Below are positions 24,001-36,000 of a stretch of 64,000 bases of DNA, in pieces. Below the pieces are notes generated by a model. It worked only from the letters and a program-made list of their open reading frames with translations. It searched no databases and was not told the DNA's origin. The stretch spans positions 26,722,001 to 26,786,000 of the forward strand of contig NC_083286.1 of assembly GCF_963506605.1 (NCBI RefSeq), read 5' to 3'. Each line of letters opens with the position of its first letter. The stretch's first letter is position 1. This DNA is from Zootoca vivipara (taxonomy: Eukaryota). A program made the position numbers and the translations under genes.

Positions 24001-27000
24001 AGCATTACTAATTACAGTGGTACCTCTACTTACAAATAACTCTACTTAAGAATGTTTCTACTTACGAACGGAGCTCTGTCCGCCATCTTGGATGCGGTTT
24101 AGATAGGATTTTTTCTACTTACGAATGTTTAGATAGGGTTGCTTCTACTTACGAATTTTTTCTCCCAATGCATTCCTATGGGATTCGACTTACAATTTTT
24201 TTCGACTTACAAATGTGCGTTCGGAATGCATTAAATTCGTAAGTAGAGGTACCACTGTACTTCTTCTAATCTACTGTATTTGGGGGAAAACTAAAACAAG
24301 CTGGCAATCATTTTCGCAAGAGAGAGGGAGCAAGAAGCTGGGCAGGCTATCTATAGACTTGTGCAGCATTTCTCAACCACTGTTTCGCGGCACACTAGTG
24401 TGCCGCGAGACGCTGGCTGGTGTGCCGCGACGTGTGGCGACGAGAAGGGCGATTTGCATTGTCACGTGCCTGGCGGCCGCCAATGTACATCACTGACCCA
24501 CCGGAAAGCAATATTTCTCCTCCTCTTTCCCAAGGCTCAGTGCAAACGAGCCTGGCGGCCGCCAATACGCAACACTGACCCGCCGGAAAGCAATATTTGG
24601 CAAGTGTTTCTTACAGTCATAATTATAATACAGGGCGGCACAGAGTTAATTTTTTAAACTTTTTTAATGGTGGTGTGCCTCGTGATTTTTTTCACGGAAC
24701 AAGTGTGCCGTGGCCCAAAAAAGGTTGAGAAACACTGGACTTGTGGAACCCAACAAGAGAGCAAGCAAACATCAACTTTGCAGCCATTTTAGTGCTCTAT
24801 TTACACCTCTGCTTTCAAGCTGTGCTCACAAGCACATTCCTGAATGGTTGAACATCCACTGAGCATTTATTATTTATTTATTAGATTTTCATATACTGCG
24901 CTTTATTAAGTTTTCATACTGCCCTTTATCCAAAGACCACAGAGCGGTTCACAACAGAAAAATACGAACACATAATAAGCCCCCTCCCACAGACACATTT
25001 TAAATGCCACAGAATGTTTCTTGTTATTATTTACTGATTTTCGGAGCGGGGGCAGGCAGGGAATGGGGCAAGTGAGGAAAAGAAAATCCTGCCGAGCCAC
25101 ATTAAGTGATTGGTTTAGATCCAGAGTTCTGAGAGTGAATTCCACCCACAGATTGGGTCCCTCTTTTCTCCCCCCTTGCAAGATAATCAGGGGAACAGTC
25201 ACCTATATCTAGTAAGAATGGTCTGCCAGACTTATACAGAGCCTCTGGGCTCAGTAACTTGCTCAGCTTCCTATCTGCAAAATGGGAATAATATTTGACC
25301 GCGTTATGTACATGTACACATTTTATTTAAATAAATTTAAACAACACTTCAACAATAAACAAGGGTTTTCAGAGAGGCTAACAATTACAATCGAATTAAA
25401 AACAATTCATGTATGCAGGCAAAGAAATAATTTTTCTACTGCTGTGTTCACATTCTTGCCTTTTGGCACGTTAAGGTACAAGAGAACCCATGTTTAGAAA
25501 AGGTTGACTCTGAAATTGCAGGGTTACTAAATGATATATATTAATAAACATGCTATTTGCCACTCTACTATGGTTTCATGCTGATTACTGTGGCACTGAT
25601 GGGGACAGGGCTTGTCCTATGCATAGAAAGCAGAGGTCTGAGAAGTTTCCCACTTGACCTAAGCTTTCTAAGCATAGATCAGAGCAGCCCCCCCCCATTT
25701 GTCCCATCACTTTTCCAGGCAAAACCCACTGTTTACCGCTGAATCAGAATGTCAATTCACAGAAAAAACCAATGGACACCTGTTCCGATTCAGTGGGTGT
25801 TCCCAGGGGGAAGAGCCAGGAAAAGCAGACATGTGGATAAGCTCACAGTAAAATCCATCATGGCACACTTTGCAGAACAGTTCAGTGGTGGTCAACCTAA
25901 GTAACATCAATAAACCTTTGTTCACTTCCCCTCCCCTAGTCCAAGAGTTTTACCTGATTCATGCTATCCCACAAGTCATCACTTTGGGTGGACCCATAGC
26001 TGTGGTCATGCAGATATAACTGAATACTAGCTTGGAAGACATCACTGTGGAGATAGTTTTTCAACATGGACAAGAGAGAAGCTCCCTGTAAGGAGAAAGA
26101 TAGATCACGTACCTATCTGAAATGCAATGGCCATGTTTTCAGTTTCCGTTTGCAACAGAGCATACCAACTGGCTCCCCCCACCCCTTTCTGAGGAAAAGG
26201 TACTTGGGCCACTATATAGATAGCTTTAAAAGAAAATTACAACGAATTCATGGAGAAAACATCAGTAGCTACCAGCCATGATGGCCCTGCACTGCCTCCA
26301 CAGTTGGAGAAAGTATGCTTCTGAATACAGTGGTACCTCCACTTACGAATTTAATGCGTTCCGAACACACATTTGTAAATCGAAAAAAAATGTAAGTCGG
26401 ATCCCATAGGAATGCATTGGGAGAAAAAATTCGTAAGTCGAAGCAACCCTATCTAAAAATTTGCAAGTAGAAAAAATCCTATCTAAACCGCATCCAAGAT
26501 GGTGGACGGAGCTCCATTTGTAAGTAGAAAAATTTGTAAGTAGAGTTATTTGTAAGTAGAGGTACCACTGTACTAGTTTGTGGAAACTGTAGGAAGGGAA
26601 AGCTAAGTAATCGACCATCAGGAATGGAGAAACTCCATGTGGTTAAAGCCAGGAATACAGAAATGGCTACAGAAGAGGCTGCCACAGGGAGTTATATAAT
26701 TAGTTTCCACCATGTTTTTGTATGTGTTCCTCCTCTCCTTCTTCCAGATGTCTGCAGGGCCTCAAGATCACAAGCAGCTGGGGATGGCTGAATATAAAGA
26801 TAAGGGCTCAAAAAGGATAACGTGCCCCCAATATTATAATTCCCCTCCCTTCCATATCAACAGCTCGAGATGTGAACGAAACTTCACCTCTGGCCATGCT
26901 TACAGATGGGAGGGTAAAAGCTGGTCTCAGCTATTCCTCAAATCTGAACAAGATGTGATCTGGCCACAAATGATTGGGACTGATTGGAAATAGCAGATGA

Positions 27001-30000
27001 AAAAGTATCAGTTCACATACATCTGCTTTCTACACATTTATTATGTGAATTTAAACCATTATGTATATCTACCAAAGTCATCGTCTATACAGATACCAAT
27101 TCCCTTTTATACATCTACAAATATTCAAGGGTGTGTATGAATAGCCTTTTATTTGCAAAAGCCCACCTTGTGAAAAGAAACAGTGTTGCATCTAGTCTGA
27201 TTTTTATCAAAACTGCATTAAACCTAAGCAAAGTGCTCCTTCTTTGAATCAAAACAGTGTTTACAAAAAAGGAAAACAGAAGTTTAGAAACAAAGAGTTT
27301 TATAGTGGATAATTATGAGAATCAACTGAAAACAGGAACTAGCAAAATTCAATCTAAATATTTATAAATGATGGCTTAGTGTAGATGTCATCCTTTTAAC
27401 CACAGTTAAATAATTGGGGGGGGCAGAGATTTGTGGCCTCCCTCCCTCTCTTCTTTCTGGCTTTTAAAATATTTTTTTATTAAAGATTTTCATGAACTAC
27501 AAAAAGAGCATGCAATGCCTCTCCTTTTCGTTCAGATTGTAAAGTCTTTCGGTTACGTTCAATGTAAGACAATATGGTAAAACACCCTAGTTAACAAAGA
27601 GTAACCATGGATAGCTCGAAGAAACTTTTCAAATGTTGTTTTCAAACTAACTGGTTAGTTTTGAACTCTGATGAAGGCAGAGAACTATCCCAGGGATGGG
27701 GGGCTTCCGGCCCTCCAGATATATCTGAGCACAACTCTTTATTGTTATCCCAACCACTGCCCATGCTGTCTGGGTCTTATGGGAGTTGGAATTCAAAGCA
27801 TTTAAGGCTACCCCTGAATCACATTCTGAAAATGGATACAAGGACAGCAAGTGTATGAAGTGTATCTGATCTTCTAGTCATGTCTTAAAATGCTCAGAAA
27901 CAATGGATTGATATTTCAGTGCAAACGCATGTGAGAAACAACATTCCATTTCCCCCCCTCCACTGAGGAAAGGGAATGTTTCTAACCAATTCTTGTTGAG
28001 CTAAAATTTCTGATTAAAAATTGCTGATGTTGGTGTGAAAGGTTTCCATTATATAGTCCTCTCACCCTGCAAACACTTCCCCCTCCCTTCAGGGCCTGAC
28101 CTGCTGCTGCCCACGTCAGAAATGTGATTTGAAACATACTTGTGCGAACTTTTCAAGCGCATTTAATTTTATTGAAAGCACATTTGCCAGTACTTTTGAA
28201 GTTACCTTGATATAGGAGACGGCATCAAACATTTGCTCGATCTCCTCCGACGACTGGACGGCAAGGGAGATGGGATGAGATGAATTCATTGAATCTTTCT
28301 CCATTGTCTTGAATTGCAGATTTGGAAAAGAGTAATCCTAAAGAACAGGAAAAGGTTTGAGTGAACTCAAGTAGATACTAACATGAGGAATTTGACCAGA
28401 CTGTAAGTACTGTTATCAGAACCGGAGATCTGGAGAAATAGTTTATCTTGTACACAATCCCTTCTAGATACTGGTGTGCCTTTGAAGATTTACAACTGGC
28501 CCTGTCCAACAGTCCATCTAGTTCAGCAGTCTGTTCTCAGAGTGGACAACCTGATACCCATGGAAATCTGCAAGCCGGATCTGAATGCAACAGCACCCGC
28601 CCCAAAGTCACACCAATAATGCAGTTCTGAACATAATGACCAGGAAGCAAGCTCTCCTGAACACAGTGGGATTTATTTCCAAGTGTGCTGAAACTTGCTT
28701 TCCAGCATATGATGCGTAAGATCGAAATACTGAGCCAGAGCAATATTGAACAAGGTGTTAGCAAGAGCTAGATTAGCAGTATGAGGACTACAGCCGATTT
28801 GGATTTTAGATTGTGCACTTTAGCTAGAAGATATGGACTACATTTTATGTTTCCACTTCACAATTTACTGAAACAGGTAAGCTATGAAATGCCATAGGGC
28901 TGTCTATTATAATTCATTCTACACTCAGATTTCTACATAAACTGTTAGGGCCTGTTCCACAATGCACCGTCCATTGGCAAACACTTCAGATGCAGAGGCC
29001 CAGACACAATGTCCAGGTTCAACCCCAGGTGACCATTCATTTCAAAAGATGAGGAGAGCAGAAAAGGGCAAGGAGAAGACAGTTAATAGTGCAAATCAAG
29101 TTGGCAAGTTTTCCATTGCCCACAGAGAAAATGTGCATTCTTTAAAGCAATCTGGCACCACCAAGTGGTGAAGTTTTATTTCTTCAGGACACCAATGTGT
29201 GCAGTTTCCTCCAAGTGATTCTTGACTTGTTTATAAGCCTGCAAAAACTGGGATCAGGGAACTATTTTACCCCAAGGCCCGGATTCAAACTTAACCAACG
29301 CTTCAGGAGTGCATGTACCAATGGTAGGCAAGCGAAAATGAGCTGGGGAAAACAAAACTGCATGTGCCTCTATTCCTCTAATTGTCACCATCATATAAGC
29401 ACCAGATGCAGACATAAAACACTTTCTTCTGTCACACACTTTTGCTCACACTCTCATACTCCAGGTGTGTATTATGTAAGTTGCCTTCAATGGGTTAGGC
29501 CCTAAAAAGCAGCCTAAATATGCTTTAAAAATAATCATAGAGTTGGAAATGACCACGAGGGTCATCTAGTCCAACCCCCTGCAATGCAGGAATCTTTTGC
29601 CTACTGTGGGGCTCGAGCCCACAACCCTGAGATTAAGAGTCTCATGCTCTACCAACTGAGCTATCTAATAAACTGTGTGTGTGTTAAACTCCACTGTGGC
29701 TAGAATTTTACTACAAGTGTTTCAAAAGCAAGGATTTTCTTTCTTTCTTTGAACAATAGAACTCCTTAAAAAAGTATAACTACGAAGTCTGAGATTAAAA
29801 AAAACTTTGTACACACCCGTTCACTGCACTTACAGTATATAATTCTGGGAAGGCTTTCTTCAAGGCAAAGTTTTCCATAAAAGTGGCAAATCCTTCATTC
29901 AGCCACAGGTCGTTCCACCATTCCATAGTTACCAGATTGCCAAACCACTAAGAGTGCAAAGGAAATACACATTCCCATTATTAGATAACATGCCCAAAGA

Positions 30001-33000
30001 TGAATGCAGATGTATAAGAATAAAGATTTTAAAGAGTGTTCAAGGAGCTATGCAAGATAGATAAGAAGGTTTGTTATTGGGAAACAAACCGTCTTCGTCA
30101 ATCATCTTCATCAACAGGAAACAGAATAAAACAGCCTGCCACTGCCTTGACATGTGGGGCTACATGCATTTTCTCAACTCAGGAAAACCACATTACAGCT
30201 GCATAGATGTTTATACTGGCAGCTTGTCGTGCATGAATGTGAAACAAACATTTCAGAAGCATTCATTGGGGCATGCTGCTGCAAATTGGCCTAACCACCC
30301 AGTTAACCCAAAACACAAATCTGAATGTAAATAAATATTGTATATACATATTTTTAAAATTGCTCATTTAATTGTTTTAATTTAAACTGCGAGAGTGCTT
30401 GTGAACAGAAATTTTACATCCCTCCCCCGGGGGGATTTGGTTTAAATCAAATTGATTTAAATCACAAGTAAGACTTGATTTAAATCACTAGTCAGTAAGA
30501 CTTGATTTAAATCTCTCTCTCTTTTTTTTTTTTTACAGAAAGACTCATTATTGCTGGTATAATCTTAATATTTACCACCAGATGAAGGTTTCATTTTTAG
30601 AATAATAAATTTTCAGGAGTAGTTTTTACAGTTATATCATAAATTACTGATGTGGTTATACTATTAGAAATACATAGACAGATAATTATGAAATAATTGT
30701 GAGGTTTAATAAGTTAACTGTTTATATTTGGACAACTTTTCTGCTGTACTTTATTGGAATGAAAAAAAATTATCATTTTCTTAATAACAATTTAAACAAT
30801 GTATTTAACTAAAACAATAACATTATAGCATATGTATCCATGTTTGTTAACTGATGTGGTTAAACGGTTTTTAAAAAAAACTTAGACTGAGTTTTAGCAC
30901 ACATGAAAAACTTAAAACAAATCCTTATTTTGTGATGAATAGCCTTTGGACTATAATGTAACTTAAATATAAAACTATCTTTAGAAAGATGTTTCGTCCA
31001 AAAGCATTTTATTTTAAAAATCAGATTTAAATAAAAAAAAATCCAATTTAAATTTTAAAAATCTGATTTTTTAAAAATACAAAAATATCATTGATTTTTA
31101 CCCTCCCTCAACCACCACTTGGTAATTGCACATAATGCACACCAGCAGTTCATATCCCCATCATGCTTTTCCATTGCTCCTAGTACAAAGTGTTACAAGC
31201 GTGTAGTCAAATTAGTTTTTTGTGGGTGTTTTTTTATTTAAAAAAATCTAGCTTGCAGTTGCTCTTAGTCTTCCTTATATGCTGTCTGCACAAATTAGCA
31301 GCGTGAGAAAATATAATCACTCTAGGCTGCCTCAAAAGCACTGCTCCATCACGAGTGCAAAGACACAGTAATTTTCATTTGAATCAGGGGGAGGGGAGAG
31401 AGAAACTACTTCCTATTACTGGCGCAAAAGATGCAGCCTAATTATTTTAGCAGGAAATGGGAAAAGGCAAGCTTTCTTGTAAGCAGCATGAATCAGAACT
31501 GCAATGATTTTTTTTTAAAGAGAAAATCCTGCAGTACAGGAAGAAATTGGGAGATCCTTCATACCTGGTGTGCCAGCTCATGAGCAATCACTCTTGTTAC
31601 TCTCTTTTTATCCATGGCTGAAGATGTTGTGTCATCGTGAAGGAGTGTTGTCTCTCGAAAAGTGATCAAACCCCAGTTTTCCATTGCTCCAGCCTCAAAG
31701 TCAGGAAGAGCTACCAAGTCTAGATGAAGAGCAAGGCACCAGTTCGTAAATAAGCCAGTACTAAAATGGAAAAAAAAACTTAGCAAATTTAATTTTTTGA
31801 AAAGCGCCAGTCAAACACACTGAACTTTAAGCGCATGGAACATGTCCATGTTCCATGCTTAACATCGTGGCGCCACATGCAAACCCATGCCGATTTTCTT
31901 TATACTTTTAATGAGTCTCACACATTCCATAAATACAAGTAGCTTTTAAATCTCAATGAGCATAGGAAACATACGCACCTTCTCGAACAAGGACTCCACT
32001 TAATTTTAGTCATGTAATTAATTATTTCTCCATGTTACAGTGATTAATTCTCCTCTACCTTTATACTATTAAAAACCAGAATAAAAACAAACTCATAAGA
32101 TTATATGAACAACAGGTGCAAACTCACAAGAATATTAAGCATCTCACCTAATTTTTGAAGCGGGTATGTTATATTAAAATACTTCTGATAAAACTCGAGG
32201 AGCTTCACTGCTGTGTCTAAGGCATATTCAGTATGGTTCAACTTTTGTGGCACAGAATAGACAGATACCTATCCCAGTGGAAGAAAGGGAAGGGGTGGGG
32301 GTGGGGGGAGAGAATATGAAACAGAAAATCCCACGAGACGCATATGCTTCATTGATAGTTTTTAAGTGAGAAAACTTCTCTTATGAACACAGTTTTACTA
32401 AAACAGTTGGCAAAGGCAGCATTCACAAGGCAGCTCAAAGGCGGTTCAGATCCCTGCGCCTGGGTGAGCTCCCGTTCCTGGATCCCAGCTCCCGCCAACC
32501 TAGCAGTTCGAAAGCACATCAAAGTGCAAGTAGATAAATAGGTACCGCTACAGTGGGAAGGTAAACGGCATTTCCGTGCGCTGCTGTGGTTCGCCAGAAG
32601 CGGCTTTGTCATGCTGGCCACATGACACGGAACCTGTATGCTGGCTCCCTCGGCCAGTAAAGCAAGATGAGCGCCGCAACCCCAGAGTCGGTCACGACTG
32701 GACCTAACGGTCAGGGTCCTTTTACCTTTACCACCTTAGCGCTTACTTGTTAAACAAGGCAGTAAAACAGAATGCAAACAACATCGTGACATTTCCAAAG
32801 AGTTCCGAAGTTCTGAACAGCTTCTACTGTGTAAATACAACCTTGTTCATGTTTTAGCTTTATGCTACTTTCTGAGTAACACCACCGGCAACACTGGTGG
32901 CTCATGGTTGGAGGGAGAGAGGGGCAGGCAGTGGAATCCTCCCAGCGGTTGTACTGGGACAGGGATGTGGCTGTGTATCCTTAGGGAACCTTTGATTTGG

Positions 33001-36000
33001 TTGTGGCTGTCCCACAGGTGTGCACACACCCTGCATGAATACTGCCCTCCTAACAGTCCCCTGACCTCATCCCCATCGTCTTCTCAATGAGCCCAGGGGG
33101 GTGCATGTGCTTCTACCACCACCTCCATGAGCCACTACTAACTACCAGCAGAAGTGGTTATTATTCCAGAGGTTAAAAAAAGAGAATACGAGGGAAATCA
33201 AAAAGCTGCCTTCACAACTGGCAGTAGCAGCCTCTGTGGTGAGGCAAAGCTGCCTTCCTAACACTAGCATCACAATAGCTTACTATGCTAGAATCATAGA
33301 ATCGTAGAGTTGGAAGAGACCACAAGGGCCATCCAGTCCAACCCCCTGCCGAGCAGGAAACACCATCAAAGTATTCTTGACATATGCCTGTCAAGCCTCT
33401 GCTTAAAGACCTCCAAAGAAGGAGACTCCACCACACTCCTTGGTAGCAAATTCCACTGCCGTATAGCTCTTACTGTCAGGAAGTTCTTCCTAATGTTTAG
33501 GCGGAATCTTCTTTCTTGTAGTTTGAATCCATTGCTCCGTGTCCGCTTCTCTATATGCTATACCACACAGGCTGCTGCTACTACCAACTGAGATGTTAGA
33601 GAGCTAAATATGAGTTTACAGCTCCGACACACAAAACTTCATATTTGGATCAGCAGCGGGTTTGTGGCCACACCCAGGAAAAACAACCCAAAGAAGAAGC
33701 TACTCTTCCTTCTGCAAGGTTATTTATTTGTAATACCACTGAGGCAATTCACAAATATACACCTATGTGGCTTATTTGGTTTCGCTGAACTTTGAGGTTC
33801 CATCAAAGTAATTTGAAACAAGTAGGCAGCAGCAGAGGGACCCAGGTGGCGCTGTGGTTAAACCACTGAGCCTAGGGCTTGCTGATCAGAAGGTCGGCGG
33901 TTCGAATCCCTGTGACGGGGTGAGCTCCCGTAGCTCGGTCCCAGCTCCTGCCAACCTAGCAATTCGAAAGCACGTCAAAATGCAAGTAGATAAATAGGAA
34001 CCGCTACAGCGGGAAGGTAAACGGCGTTTCCATGTGCTGCTCTGGTTTGCCAGAAGCGGCTTTGTCATGCTGGCCACATGACCTGGAAGCTATACGCCGG
34101 CTCCCTCGGCCAATAATGCGAGATGAGCGCGCAACCCCAGAGTCGGTCACGACTGGACCTAATGGTCAGGGGTCCCTTTACCTTTACCTTTTTAGGCAGC
34201 AGCAGAGCTGGTTGGTTCTGGTGGGTCTAGGCCAGTAAACCACAACCTACTTCAGACCGTGTATGCTGACACAAGGGAGGGAACACAGCTTTCTTCAATT
34301 CACAGCAAGGGCACTTCCTGAAAAATTCTGAGAAGGAATAAGCTCATGCTCAAGAGCTAAAGGAACACATACCTGAATCCCTTTTGTTTCCTTAGTGCAA
34401 TTTGCCAAGTTTCCAACGATGATAGCTACTAGGTAAGTGCTCATTTTCACACTTGGATAGAACTCATCTTGAACCAATCCATCTGCCAGAGATTTGGTTG
34501 CTTTCTGGAAACACAAACAAAATGTAAGTGTTTAATAGAAACCTAGAGGCCCTGGGGCAAGAGTAAAGCTCAAAGATGCCTACCCTGTGTTGACATAGGA
34601 ACAAAAATAGAGTCATGCAAAATATATACAGGCTAGAACTGGAATTAATATGCAAAATGTTAAGTGTTGCATATCGATATTTCCCTAGGCCTGCATTGCC
34701 CAATGGTGTGCAATTAGTATTATGCTGACTGAAACTAAATAGTGGGCAACATGTTTTTATGAAAAACTTCACCCCCCCCCCCAGGTAAGGCACTCTTTTT
34801 TCTTTCGTTTCCATGAAAAGTAGTTGGAAAAGGGGAGAAATGTTTATCTGGAGAGTTAGGACACACTCTCAATTTTGGCTCTGTAGTGATGTCACACAAT
34901 CAATTTAGCTCTGTGCTATCACCACAAAGTCAATTTGGACAGAAGGCAACGCTTCCTGAGCTCACTCTGATGTGGTTTCATAATATCCTTTAGTCAAACC
35001 TGAATAGCTTCATGGCTACATGACATTACACTCCTTGAATGACCTCTGCTGCCTCAGCGAGCTGCTCTTATTTTTTTTAAAGAAAAACGGTGCTGAAGCT
35101 GCAGAATGGACAAAGAAGCAGTGGCAAACAGGCCATGAATAGCTTGCAAAAAAGATAAGCAAATGATTAGGAAAAACTCATACACGTTCAACTCCCACTT
35201 TTGCCCCTAGAATTTTGATGCGGCAGCCCTATCACCACACATACATAGAATGAGGCTAACTTATTGATACACACAGACATATCTAACAGACTAAAACAAA
35301 TATGATGAATCCCGGATTCATATCTCATCAGTTGGGCCTCCCTAGAAGACACATTGCAGAGAGATATCCTATCTGCAGATTGCTTCTCAAACCACATTTT
35401 TTTAAATGTCTGGCCAGGGCCAGAAGACAAAAAACTTATGTCTTTGGTATAGGGAATATAGAGAACACCAACACCTGTCTGAGATTCAACTGACTTGTTG
35501 ATTGCTATGGCTGAGTCCTGTTCCCTGTTCCACCAATTTCATAGATGCTTCCTCCCCAACTCCATTTGTCTCAAGCAGGGGTGGAGAACCTGTAGCTCTC
35601 CAGATGTTGCTGGGGCTGATGGGAATTGGAAGTCCAACATCATCTTGGTGCCACAGGTTCTTCACCTTCTGTGTCTCCTGGGTCTTAAAGAACATGGGCA
35701 AAATGGTGCTGCCGTGCTTTTTCCATTTCACCCCAACCAGCACCATAAATAGCAACCAAAGATCTATACACAGCTACCATAACGGCACAGAGAACCAAGT
35801 ACCACATTTCCCAGCTGGAAAATCACAGACCTTACTGTATTTAACCTTCCAGTGGAAAGTGCAGGGCTTGCCAAATGCAACACCAGTTTCTGGGAGCAAG
35901 CAGGAGAAGGCTATTGCCTTCATAATCTGCTTGTGGACTTCTCAGAGGCATCCAGCTGGCCCTTGCATGGCTCTTTTGTCTCCAAGTTCCCTATAGCCAC

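Noticed and set aside
29599-29666. Possible tRNA-Lys gene
   Set aside because: Acceptor stem incomplete, T-loop altered and fused to a CR1 tail, so it is a SINE head
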